Positions 40,997-49,388 of a DNA stretch of 64,000 bases are shown here, piece by piece. The notes under the pieces are model-generated. The model had not been told where the DNA came from, searched no databases, and was given only the letters and a program-made list of their open reading frames with translations. Every line of letters begins with the position of its first letter. Within the stretch, counting starts at the first letter, position 1. Origin of the DNA: an uncultured Lachnospiraceae bacterium (GTDB taxonomy: Bacteria; Bacillota; Clostridia; Christensenellales; UBA1242); the NCBI GenBank assembly GCA_964521165.1, contig CAZFRA010000003.1, positions 10,076-74,075 on the forward strand. Reading direction: 5' to 3'. The translations under genes and the position numbers were made by a program.

Positions 40997-41000
40997 AAAC

Positions 41001-41036
41001 AAAAAACTCTTGTGGAAAACCATAAGAGTTTTTTTG
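41001..41036 (+). terminator. Rho-independent terminator after the giant ORF
   Basis: A 9-bp stem, CTCTTGTGG (41007-41015) with CCATAAGAG (41020-41028), has one G:U pair and an AAAA loop. T7 follows, and an upstream A-run could extend the stem. Confidence 0.8.
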
Positions 41037-41181
41037 CGCCATGTGTCTTTTTAAAGGTGGAGAAGTAATAACATTGTGCTATTTTAAAGGGTGGAAAAAC
41101 AGACTAAAATTAAATTTAAACAACGCTCAAATGCTTGATATTTTTCTTTGTTTTGTATTAAAATATATGCAGGAGGTATTT

Positions 41182-42333
41182 ATGAATAAAATAAATGTTG
41201 TTCAATACGGTTGTGGAAAAATGAGCAAATACACAATGCGTTATGTCTTCGAAAAAGGGGCAAAAATTGTTGGTGCTTTTGATTGCGATGAAGCAAAAAT
41301 TGGGCTCGACATCGGAAAGATTATTGAAGATGGCAAGGAATACAAAGTTAAAATTCAAGACAGTAAAAATTTCGAGAAATATTTGCAGTCGCACAATGTG
41401 GACATTGTCATCGTTACAACAATGAGTTATATCAAGGATATGTATGAACCACTTCTCATTTGCGCTAAATGCGGCGTGAATGCAATCACAACGGCAGAAG
41501 AAGCGTTCTATCCACAAAATTCCAGTCCAACAACTTTCGAAATGATTGACAAATTGGCACAAGAAAACGGCTGTACCATTTGTGGAAGCGGATATCAAGA
41601 TGTTTTTTGGGGCAATCTTATCAGCGTGCTTGCTGGTGCCACACACAAAATAACCAAAATCAAAGGTTCAAGTTCGTATAATGTTGAAGATTACGGCATT
41701 GCGCTTGCCCAAGCACACGGTGCTGGGCTTTCTCTTAAAGATTTTGAAAAAGAAGTTGCCGCTGCCGACGAAATAAGCGATGCGGACCGCAAAAAACTCA
41801 TCAAAAAAGGCGAATTTGTGCCAAGTTATATGTGGAATGTGAACGGCTGGTTGTGCAGTAAACTTGGTTTAACTGTCACACGTCAAACGCAAAAGTGTGT
41901 GCCACATATTGCCAAGCAAGAACTTTTCAGTTCCACACTCAATATGAAAATTCCGAAGGGCTACGCAACCGGTATGAGCGCAGTTGTCACGACCGAAACC
42001 AAAGAAGGTGTGATTATTGAAAGTGAATGCATCGGTAAGGTGTATGACAAAACCGAATTCGATAAAAACGACTGGACAATTGAAGGTGAACCAAACACAA
42101 GAGTTATCATCGAAAGACCGGCCACTGTGGAACTTACTTGCGCATCAGTTGTCAACCGCATTTCAGAAGTTTTAATGGCACCACCGGGATATATCACAAC
42201 CGACCTTATGCCAGAAAATCTCTATAAACAACACAGTTTGGATAAATATCTTTTCGATTTAAACGAATATTATGACGCAATGGCGGGCGATGACTGTTGC
42301 TGTCACCACGACGGTTGCCATCATCACGAATAA
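41182..42333 (+). CDS. NAD(P)-binding oxidoreductase, DapB-N / 2,4-diaminopentanoate (amine) dehydrogenase-like, with a Cys/His-rich C-terminal tail
   Basis: Start chosen at MNKINVVQYGCGKMSKY..GAKIVGAFD (Rossmann G.G..S motif) with an AGGAGG SD at 41171-41176. The track's upstream extension from 41041 lacks an SD and runs into the terminator. The tail is DDCCCHHDGCHHHE. Confidence 0.5.
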   Translation: MNKINVVQYGCGKMSKYTMRYVFEKGAKIVGAFDCDEAKIGLDIGKIIEDGKEYKVKIQDSKNFEKYLQSHNVDIVIVTTMSYIKDMYEPLLICAKCGVNAITTAEEAFYPQNSSPTTFEMIDKLAQENGCTICGSGYQDVFWGNLISVLAGATHKITKIKGSSSYNVEDYGIALAQAHGAGLSLKDFEKEVAAADEISDADRKKLIKKGEFVPSYMWNVNGWLCSKLGLTVTRQTQKCVPHIAKQELFSSTLNMKIPKGYATGMSAVVTTETKEGVIIESECIGKVYDKTEFDKNDWTIEGEPNTRVIIERPATVELTCASVVNRISEVLMAPPGYITTDLMPENLYKQHSLDKYLFDLNEYYDAMAGDDCCCHHDGCHHHE

Positions 42334-42348
42334 TTTAAAAGGAGTAAA

Positions 42349-42981
42349 ATGAAAAAAGGGTTTTTAGTTACTTTTGAAGGTGGCGAAGGGTGCGGAAAAA
42401 GTACTCAAATTCAACTTTTTTCCAAATATTTGGAAGAACAAAAATTCGATTTTCTTCTTTCGCGCGAACCGGGCGGAAGTGAACTTGGACAAAAAATTCG
42501 TGAAATACTACTCCACTCCAATCAAAACATAAGTGCAAAGACTGAGTTTTTGCTTTTGTCGAGCGCACGGTCTGCTCACATTGAAGAACTTATTCAGCCG
42601 GCGCTTAAAAAAGGAAAATTGGTTGTTTTAGATAGATATTTCGACTCGTCTTTTGCCTACCAGGGTTACGCTGGAAATCTAGACTTAACGGATATGCGAA
42701 CCGTGAACAATTTTGTTGTTGGCGACTGTATACCAGACTTGACAATTCTTCTCGATATTCCAACCAAAGAAGGTTTTAGTCGAAAAAACAAAGATGAAAA
42801 ACTTAAAAATTTGGATAGAATTGAGCAGAAAGGAGAGTCTTTTCACGAAAAAGTGCGAAAAGGTTATTTGCAACTTGCCAAGGAAAACTCAAACCGCATA
42901 AAAATTGTCGATGCAACAAAAAGCGTGGAAGATGTGCATAAAGAAATCGTAAAAATTTTCCAAAATGCTTACCAAAATTGA
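42349..42981 (+). CDS. tmk: Thymidylate (dTMP) kinase
   Basis: FLVTFEGGEGCGKSTQ (P-loop), LSREPGGSELGQKIREILL and LDRYFDSSFAYQG are all canonical Tmk motifs. Confidence 0.9.
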   Translation: MKKGFLVTFEGGEGCGKSTQIQLFSKYLEEQKFDFLLSREPGGSELGQKIREILLHSNQNISAKTEFLLLSSARSAHIEELIQPALKKGKLVVLDRYFDSSFAYQGYAGNLDLTDMRTVNNFVVGDCIPDLTILLDIPTKEGFSRKNKDEKLKNLDRIEQKGESFHEKVRKGYLQLAKENSNRIKIVDATKSVEDVHKEIVKIFQNAYQN

Positions 42982-43032
42982 TAATTTTTCAATAAAATAA
43001 ACAAAATCTAAAAATAAACTAAAAATTCATAA

Positions 43033-43068
43033 CAAAAAAAAGATAGTGAAACTTCACTATCTTTTTTC
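43033..43068. terminator. Bidirectional terminator between convergent tmk and the yhhN-like gene
   Basis: A perfect inverted repeat, AGATAGTGAA (43041-43050) with TTCACTATCT (43053-43062), flanked by A8 upstream and T6 downstream. Confidence 0.8.
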
Positions 43069-43121
43069 CTTTAACATACTTTCAATTATCTCAAAACTTC
43101 TGTTGCTATTTTTTCTTGGAA

Positions 43122-43823
43122 TTAAATTAATCCAAAAAGGATGAAAAGAGCAATCGTAACTTGTGCGAGATAGTAGAGAATGTGGTTGAAGTATATCAGT
43201 GATTTTTGTGTTTTTCCACCAAAGTATTGCATTGACAAGATAAGGTCGGATGTAAGGAAGAGAAGCATACCGCCAGCAAAAATCCAAACCATTGGACTTA
43301 AAATTGCCACACAAATTGAATAGAAAAGCATAAATGACAAGATAAGGCTGTATGCGACAACAGCAAACTTAACCTTTCCAAAATCCAAACCCATCTTTTT
43401 TGACGAAATCAAAACGATGAGGGTGAGCACAATTGCCAGCACTATCGAAACAGGAATGGCCCACGCAAGACTTATGATGCTGATGGAAATGTTGGTCAAG
43501 AGAAGTGCGACAAAGTAGAAGATATGCCCAATTGCGAACGACAATGTTCCAGTCAAGAACAAAGCGTCGTTTTTTGAAGGATACATTACCTTCAAGTCAA
43601 GCAAGATATCCCCGACAAGCCCACAAAACAAGCCAACCAAAATAAGAATTCCGACAATGCTATCAAAACCGATCATTGCGAGCGCCAAGATTGCCGAAAA
43701 AACAAAGCAAAGCGAAGCAAGAATTTTAAGTGTTAGGGAATAGAAGGTTGCTTTATTGCTACGAAGAACGCAAAAAGCCACCGTTATTACCATACACAAA
43801 ATTGCAAAAATAATACTTCCCAT
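43122..43823 (-). CDS. YhhN-family membrane protein (lysoplasmalogenase-like, TMEM86 homologue family)
   Basis: A 233-aa protein of about 8 TM helices. It carries GLFCGLVGDILLD early and LLFLTSDLILSMQYF late, the two conserved acidic motifs of YhhN proteins. AGGAGG SD present. Confidence 0.65.
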   Translation of the reverse strand: MGSIIFAILCMVITVAFCVLRSNKATFYSLTLKILASLCFVFSAILALAMIGFDSIVGILILVGLFCGLVGDILLDLKVMYPSKNDALFLTGTLSFAIGHIFYFVALLLTNISISIISLAWAIPVSIVLAIVLTLIVLISSKKMGLDFGKVKFAVVAYSLILSFMLFYSICVAILSPMVWIFAGGMLLFLTSDLILSMQYFGGKTQKSLIYFNHILYYLAQVTIALFILFGLI

Positions 43824-43952
43824 AATTTCCTCCTTGGATTTATTTTAACATATATTACAGAAAAAACTTAACATTTTACTTAAATTTTTTATTTTTTTTT
43901 ATTTTTTATGTTGTTTTTTCCTTAATTTAAAAATTTTTAACCTTAAAAATCG

Positions 43953-45137
43953 TTAAGAATTAAAAAAGTTTAAAATGTCACCATAAACTTCGTCTTTGTT
44001 AATTTCGTTCAAAAGTTCGTGACGGCAATCTGGATAAATCTTCACACGGCTGTCAATGTTGTGGCTGAGATAGAGTTTGTTGAGCTTGATAACTTGTTTG
44101 CCATTTGAACCAACTAGGTCATTTTTGCCGGCGATTAAGAAAATTTTCTTTTTGCCAATTTTGTTTATTCCGGAATTGACTTTTTTCATATTTATCAACA
44201 TACTCTTATAGAAACCAAACGGGAAATTACCACCACAAAACTCATCTGCTTGGTATGCTTTGAAGACTTCTTCATCGCGAGATAGCCAGTTGCCGTTTTT
44301 GAATTTTTTACCGTAACCTTTTACACACATTGCTTCCACAATTCCACCCTTTGAAGAGTCATTTTTGAAGAAAGAAAGAATTTTCACAAATCTTCCACCC
44401 AATTTCATAATGGCACTTGAACCATTTGCTGTGCCACAAAGCACACACTTTTCCACAATATCAGTGTTTTGAATTATTGCCTGACTTACCATCGAGCCAT
44501 AGGAGTGTCCAAAAAGATAGATTGGAAGGTTATAGGCGTCTTTCATCTTTTCAAGTATTCTAATTTCATCCTGCACGGTTTCTTGGAAGATATCTTTCTC
44601 GCCAAAACCAAATTTTTGGTCAACTGCGGAATGCCCGTGTCCGCGCAAATCGTTCACTAAAACAAAATATCCGTTGTCGTTCAAAAATCGTGCAAAAGCG
44701 TCGTATCTTCCGGCGTGCTCCATCATTCCGTGAACAATAAGCACAGCACCTTTTGGATTTGCAATTTTGTCGTATACATAAGAATAGAGTTTAAGGTTTG
44801 TGCTGCCTTCAATATTAATTATGTCATACGACTCTTCTGGCTGCTTTGGTGCTTTTTTATTTTTTGTTTTCTTACCCGTTGATTTTTTTGCGCTCGCGGT
44901 CTTTTTTATTCCTGTCGAATTTTTGGTAGTGCTTTTTGTCTTTTCTGCAATCACCGTTTCTTTTTCGGCGACCTTTGCAGCACCAATCTTCTTCGCGCTT
45001 GTCTTCGTGCCAGATGACTTCTTCGTGGTCATATCCGCTTTTTCGCTCACTTCTTTTTTAGTACTTTTCGTTGTTGCTTTCTCCGTGGCGCTTTCCGACT
45101 TTTTTGTGACTTTCTTTTTTGTTTCTTCTTCTGCCAT
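43953..45137 (-). CDS. Alpha/beta hydrolase (lysophospholipase / monoacylglycerol lipase-like) with a Lys/Thr/Ser-rich N-terminal extension
   Basis: The catalytic core has VLIVHGMMEHAGRYDAFARFL..LRGHGHS, the nucleophile elbow GHSYGS, and a late CRHEL motif supplying the His. The first 100 or so residues are low-complexity KK/T/S/A. Its start lies 1 nt after the glpK stop. Confidence 0.75.
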   Translation of the reverse strand: MAEEETKKKVTKKSESATEKATTKSTKKEVSEKADMTTKKSSGTKTSAKKIGAAKVAEKETVIAEKTKSTTKNSTGIKKTASAKKSTGKKTKNKKAPKQPEESYDIINIEGSTNLKLYSYVYDKIANPKGAVLIVHGMMEHAGRYDAFARFLNDNGYFVLVNDLRGHGHSAVDQKFGFGEKDIFQETVQDEIRILEKMKDAYNLPIYLFGHSYGSMVSQAIIQNTDIVEKCVLCGTANGSSAIMKLGGRFVKILSFFKNDSSKGGIVEAMCVKGYGKKFKNGNWLSRDEEVFKAYQADEFCGGNFPFGFYKSMLINMKKVNSGINKIGKKKIFLIAGKNDLVGSNGKQVIKLNKLYLSHNIDSRVKIYPDCRHELLNEINKDEVYGDILNFFNS

Positions 45138-45138
45138 T

Positions 45139-46602
45139 TTAACCCCCTATAATTTTTTTTATTGCTTTTTGCCAGCCTTCATAAAGTCTTTCTCTTTCCT
45201 TTTCGGACATATTTGGACAAAAAACTTCAGTTGAACTGGTTAATTTTTTGATTTCATCTTTGGTGATAAGTTTGAGCGAGAACATTGCAATATAAATGGT
45301 GCCCATCACGGTTGCTTCGACATTTTTGCTTTTAACGACATCGTGATTGAGCATATTTGACATAAACTGCAACAGAAAATCGTTATTGCTTCCGCCACCG
45401 TCGACAGAGACAAGTGAAAATTTCAAACCCGATTTGCGCATCTCATCGAAAATTGCTTTGGAGTTGTAAGCCATACTTTCCAACATTGCGCGAACAATAT
45501 GTGCTTTGGTGGTAGCATAAGTTATCCCACTAATTTCTGCTCTCGCATCGCTGTTCCAATATGGTGCGCCAATCCCAGTGAACGCTGGCACGAAATAAAC
45601 CCCTTCATTATCCGGTAAACTTTCCGCCATATCACTCGTTTTTCTCACATCGTCATACATATTAAAGTTGTGTTTCAAAAAGTTAAGTCCGCTGCACGCG
45701 CTGTAAATGCTTCCTTCAATAGCGTATTCGGTTGAGTTGCCAAGAGTGGAAGCCACGGTGAGCAAAAGTTTGTCTGGGCATTTATCCGGATTTTTGCCCG
45801 CATTCGTTAGAATAAAACCACCGGTGCCGAGAGTTATCTTCGCTGTGCCATAGGCGATTGCACCTTGTCCAATCATACTTGATTGCTGGTCGCCAATAAT
45901 TGAACAAAGTGGCGCGTTAAAAAATTTTTTCACATTTCCAAACTTGGCATCGCAAGGTAAAATTTTTGGCAGTGACTCGCGTGGTATTTTGAAAAATTCC
46001 AACAATTCGTCGTCATAATCTAGTGTTTTTATGTTCATAAGCATTGTGCGCGAAGCGTTTGTGGTGTCGGTGACAAAATTTCCGGTGAGTGCGGTGGCGA
46101 TGTAAGCATCGATTGTGCCAAAACATAAATCTCCACTTTTTGCCAACTTTTTTGCTTCCTTGACATTATCTAAAATCCACTTCATCTTTGATGCGCTAAA
46201 ATATGGGTCGGGAATTAGTCCCGTTTTTTCACGAATCATCGTTTTTATTTTAAGTGGAAGAGATTTGATATAATTCGAAGTTCTTCGACACTGCCAGCAA
46301 ATTGCGTTATAGATTGGCTTTAAAGTTTTTCTATTCCACGCCACCACTGTTTCGCGTTGGTTGGTTATGCCGATACCCAAAAGTTCTTCCTTTTGGACCT
46401 TGTTTCGAGTAAGAACGGTTTTACAAGAAGAAATCACAATATTCAAAATCTCGCTGGCGTCCTGTTCGACATATCCACTTTGTGGATAAAACTGCCTAAA
46501 AGTTTTCGACTGTTTGTCGACAAGTCGGGCTTCGTCAATATCATACAAAACTGCGCGCGCACTTGTTGTGCCTTCGTCAATACCTATGATAAACCTTCTC
46601 AT
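45139..46602 (-). CDS. glpK: Glycerol kinase (FGGY family)
   Basis: FIIGIDEGTTSARAVLYD......QFYPQSGYVEQDASEI...GITNQRETVVAWN... is the characteristic GlpK N-terminal pattern. The protein is 487 aa. Confidence 0.85.
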   Translation of the reverse strand: MRRFIIGIDEGTTSARAVLYDIDEARLVDKQSKTFRQFYPQSGYVEQDASEILNIVISSCKTVLTRNKVQKEELLGIGITNQRETVVAWNRKTLKPIYNAICWQCRRTSNYIKSLPLKIKTMIREKTGLIPDPYFSASKMKWILDNVKEAKKLAKSGDLCFGTIDAYIATALTGNFVTDTTNASRTMLMNIKTLDYDDELLEFFKIPRESLPKILPCDAKFGNVKKFFNAPLCSIIGDQQSSMIGQGAIAYGTAKITLGTGGFILTNAGKNPDKCPDKLLLTVASTLGNSTEYAIEGSIYSACSGLNFLKHNFNMYDDVRKTSDMAESLPDNEGVYFVPAFTGIGAPYWNSDARAEISGITYATTKAHIVRAMLESMAYNSKAIFDEMRKSGLKFSLVSVDGGGSNNDFLLQFMSNMLNHDVVKSKNVEATVMGTIYIAMFSLKLITKDEIKKLTSSTEVFCPNMSEKERERLYEGWQKAIKKIIGG

Positions 46603-46678
46603 ATTTTTTCCTTTTCATTGTTATTTTAACATAAAATGAAAAAAATAAAAAAACATTTTGCCATCTTTTTTGTTTTAT

Positions 46679-46707
46679 TTGACAAACTTTTTTATAAAAG
46701 ATAAAAT
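46679..46707 (+). promoter_or_regulatory. Candidate promoter of the glpA-like operon (divergent from glpK)
   Basis: TTGACA at 46679-46684, a 17-nt spacer, and TAAAAT at 46702-46707. Confidence 0.5.
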
Positions 46708-46741
46708 ATTCATTGAAAAAACGAAAAGAAAAGGGGATAAA

Positions 46742-48154
46742 ATGGAAAAATTTTATGATGTCGTGGTCATTGGCGGTGGAATTGTTGGCGCGTCAATATT
46801 CAACAAACTTGTGCGTGTTGGTAAAAAGGTGGCAATTATTGACAAAGCGAGTGATGTGGCAACTGGCGCAAGCAAGGCAAACAGCGGACTTGTGCACGCA
46901 GGATACGACCCAGAACCGAACACACTCAAAGCAAAACTTAATGTGCGGGGGGCATACCTTTTTCCATTAATTTGTCGTCGTTTATCCGTTCCTTTCAAAA
47001 GATGTGGCGCGCTTGTTGTTGGCGACGATAAAGACAAAGTACAAGCTCTTTATGAACGCGGGCAAAAGAATGGTGTCAAAGAATTGTATGTATTAAATCG
47101 AGAAGAAATGGCGACGCTTGTGCCGAACTTGAAAGAACATTTGACTTGCGCACTATATGCCAAAACAGCGGGTATTGTCAGTCCATACCTTTTCACAATT
47201 GCACTTTGTGAAGAAGGAATAATCAATGGCGGTGAACTTTTCTTGGAAGCAGACTTAAAGTCTTGCGAAAAAGAAGGAGATTTTTTTGTTTTAACCACAC
47301 AAAAGGGTACATTCAAAACGAAGGCAATTGTCAACAGTGCCGGATTTGGATATAACGAAGTGGCAAAGATTTTGAAAACGGAAGAATATCCGTTTGAATA
47401 TCGCCGTGGAGAATATTTTGTTTTTTCAAAAGAATCCACCACCAAAGTGCCTTGCACAATTTTTCCATTGCCAACCGAGAAAGGTAAGGGTGTTTTGCTG
47501 ACGCCAACAGTGGACGGAAATTATCTTGTTGGACCGACAAGCGAAAAGAGTGAATACGAAACCGTAACAACCGAAAAAGGTTTGCAAGAAATAAGAGAAA
47601 AATCGGGGCACATTCTAAAAGATGTTGACTTCAAAAATACTATACGCGTCTTTTCTGGAGTGCGAACCATATCTGGTAATGATTTTGTTATTGAAAAAAG
47701 CAAAACAGAAGGAATTATTAATATCGCCGGCATTTGTTCGCCGGGGCTTTCCAGCGCACCGGCAATAGCCGAAATGGTTTTGGAATTATTGGAAATAAAA
47801 TTAAAAGAGAAAAGTCGACTTCGAAAGATAACGCCATACAAGATGTTCAAAGACTATTCCGCCTATCTTCAAGAAGAGTTGTTGGCACAAAACAAAGACT
47901 ATGGCGAAATTGTTTGTAAGTGCGAAAAAATAACCAAAGGCGATGTTGTTAACGCATTGAAAAGACCGATTGATATTCATTCGGTCGATGCAATAAAGCG
48001 AAGAACAAACGCGGGAATGGGAATATGCCAAAGCGGATTTTGTTTCACCAAAGTTGTGGAAATTATCGCGCAGGTAAAAAAGATGAAATACGAAGACGTC
48101 TTGAAAGAAAACCGTGGAAGCGAAGTTGCTGTTGGCAACATAAGAGAGGTGTAA
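46742..48154 (+). CDS. FAD-dependent oxidoreductase, GlpA-like glycerol-3-phosphate dehydrogenase family with a C-terminal BFD-like [2Fe-2S] domain
   Basis: Start at MEKFYDVVVIGGGIVGASI (dinucleotide-binding GxGxxG) with an AAGGGG SD; the track's 46658 start is an SD-less extension. The C terminus is CKCEKITKGDVVNAL...GMGICQSGFC, a BFD-like Cys pattern. It lies divergent from glpK. Confidence 0.7.
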   Translation: MEKFYDVVVIGGGIVGASIFNKLVRVGKKVAIIDKASDVATGASKANSGLVHAGYDPEPNTLKAKLNVRGAYLFPLICRRLSVPFKRCGALVVGDDKDKVQALYERGQKNGVKELYVLNREEMATLVPNLKEHLTCALYAKTAGIVSPYLFTIALCEEGIINGGELFLEADLKSCEKEGDFFVLTTQKGTFKTKAIVNSAGFGYNEVAKILKTEEYPFEYRRGEYFVFSKESTTKVPCTIFPLPTEKGKGVLLTPTVDGNYLVGPTSEKSEYETVTTEKGLQEIREKSGHILKDVDFKNTIRVFSGVRTISGNDFVIEKSKTEGIINIAGICSPGLSSAPAIAEMVLELLEIKLKEKSRLRKITPYKMFKDYSAYLQEELLAQNKDYGEIVCKCEKITKGDVVNALKRPIDIHSVDAIKRRTNAGMGICQSGFCFTKVVEIIAQVKKMKYEDVLKENRGSEVAVGNIREV

Positions 48155-48155
48155 T

Positions 48156-49388
48156 ATGGAAACTGATGTTTTGGTTATTGGAGGCGGTCCAGCCGGAATG
48201 AGCAGTGCACTTTCTGCTTCTCAAAACGGGAGTAGAGTTATCCTTATTGAACGCGACAAAATTTTAGGTGGAATTTTAAACCAGTGCATACACAACGGCT
48301 TTGGACTTCACTATTTTGGCGAAGAACTGACAGGTCCAGAGTTCGCGCATAGATTTCGCAAAATGGTGGAAAAAGATAAAAATATCACCGTTTTGACCAA
48401 CACGCTTGTCACAGACATTGGTAAAAAAAGAGTTGTTGTTATGGGCAAAGATGGCACACAAACCATAACTTGTAAAGCGCTTATCGTTGCAATGGGATGC
48501 CGCGAGCGCACAGCGGGAAATATTATGCTAAACGGCACGCGCCCTTCGGGAGTTTTAACAGCAGGCACAGTGCAAAAAATGGTGAATATCGACGGCAAAA
48601 TGGTTGGCAAAAATGTTGTTATCTTAGGAAGCGGTGATATAGGGCTTATTATGGCAAGGCGCTTAACTCTTGAAGGTGCCAAAGTGCACGCCGTTTTGGA
48701 AATAAATTCCACCAGCAGTGGTTTAAGAAGAAATATTATGCAATGCCTTGAAGATTTCAACATTCCGCTTTTATATAACACGACAATTTTTGAAGTTGTC
48801 GGAACTGATAGGGTGGAAGGCATTTATTATGGTCAAGTGGACGAACATTTTAACAAAATTGAAAACACAAAAAAATTCTTGGAATGCGACACGGTTGTTT
48901 TGTCGGTTGGTTTGATTCCAGAGATGCAAATGGTCAAAGGTGTGGCGATAAATCCAAAAACAAATGGCGCGTTTGTGAATGAATATTATCAAACGGAAAA
49001 AGAATGGCTTTTTTCTTGCGGAAATATTTTGCACGTGCACGACTTGGTGGACAATGTAGCTTTGGAAGGAAAACAAGTCGGACTTTTTGCCAGTTTATAT
49101 GCGCAAAGAAAGTTGAAATCGGGGAATTTAATCAAAATTTCTCACAGCGCCGACTTTTCCTATGTTTTGCCTTACACTCTTTTTGAAGGCGACGGTGAAG
49201 TGGAAGTTAAATTCCGCTTAAAGAAAAAAATCGTGAAAAGTTGGATTATAGCGATCTGTAAAGGTGAAATTTTGGCGAAAAAATATATCCTTGCTGGCGT
49301 TCCGGGCGAGATGATGACCTTTAAATTTTCCAAAGCGGGCGCCAAAGATGAAATTATTTTCGAGGTGAGAGAAAATGGAAAAGTATAA
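48156..49388 (+). CDS. FAD/NAD(P)-binding pyridine nucleotide-disulfide oxidoreductase family protein (partner subunit of the GlpA-like enzyme)
   Basis: DVLVIGGGPAGMSSAL...VILIERD..LGG is followed by a second dinucleotide fold, VVILGSGDIGLIMARRL. It starts 2 nt after the upstream gene and overlaps the DUF1667 gene. Confidence 0.7.
   Translation: METDVLVIGGGPAGMSSALSASQNGSRVILIERDKILGGILNQCIHNGFGLHYFGEELTGPEFAHRFRKMVEKDKNITVLTNTLVTDIGKKRVVVMGKDGTQTITCKALIVAMGCRERTAGNIMLNGTRPSGVLTAGTVQKMVNIDGKMVGKNVVILGSGDIGLIMARRLTLEGAKVHAVLEINSTSSGLRRNIMQCLEDFNIPLLYNTTIFEVVGTDRVEGIYYGQVDEHFNKIENTKKFLECDTVVLSVGLIPEMQMVKGVAINPKTNGAFVNEYYQTEKEWLFSCGNILHVHDLVDNVALEGKQVGLFASLYAQRKLKSGNLIKISHSADFSYVLPYTLFEGDGEVEVKFRLKKKIVKSWIIAICKGEILAKKYILAGVPGEMMTFKFSKAGAKDEIIFEVRENGKV

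Noticed and set aside
6470-40996. Dozens of 60-156-aa ORFs in other frames and on the opposite strand of the giant gene, for example 13082-13552(-), 26930-27319(-), 33538-33885(-), 10413-10751(+) and 23118-23435(-).
   Set aside because: All lie entirely within the 34.5-kb ORF, and none that I checked has an SD. They have odd Cys/Arg/Gln-rich compositions, and they recur only because the underlying coding repeats recur (25923 and 28434 give identical peptides). They are by-products of a long, compositionally biased repeat gene.
41041-41181. Long N-terminal extensions offered by the ORF track: 41041 for the oxidoreductase, 46658 for the GlpA-like gene, 51508 for DegV, 6075 for ZIP and 50644 for YwaF-1.
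   Set aside because: The extensions start at non-ATG or SD-less codons. They run through terminator or promoter sequence and add non-homologous residues. Internal ATGs with good SD spacing give proteins that begin at the conserved family N termini.
46471-46489. A perfect DnaA-box sequence, TGTGGATAA, next to an inverted near-copy (TATCCAC-TTT-GTGGATA), considered as a possible origin element.
   Set aside because: It lies inside the glpK coding sequence (it encodes ..FYPQSGYV..), occurs as a single site, and has no AT-rich unwinding region or cluster of boxes.
46603-46741. A search for cre (CcpA) or GlpP-type antiterminator signals in the glpK / GlpA-like divergent region, and for Zur/Fur boxes upstream of the ZIP gene (6076-6200).
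   Set aside because: By eye there is no match to the TGWAANCGNTNWCA cre consensus. There is no leader terminator or antiterminator hairpin, and no 7-1-7 type metalloregulator palindrome.
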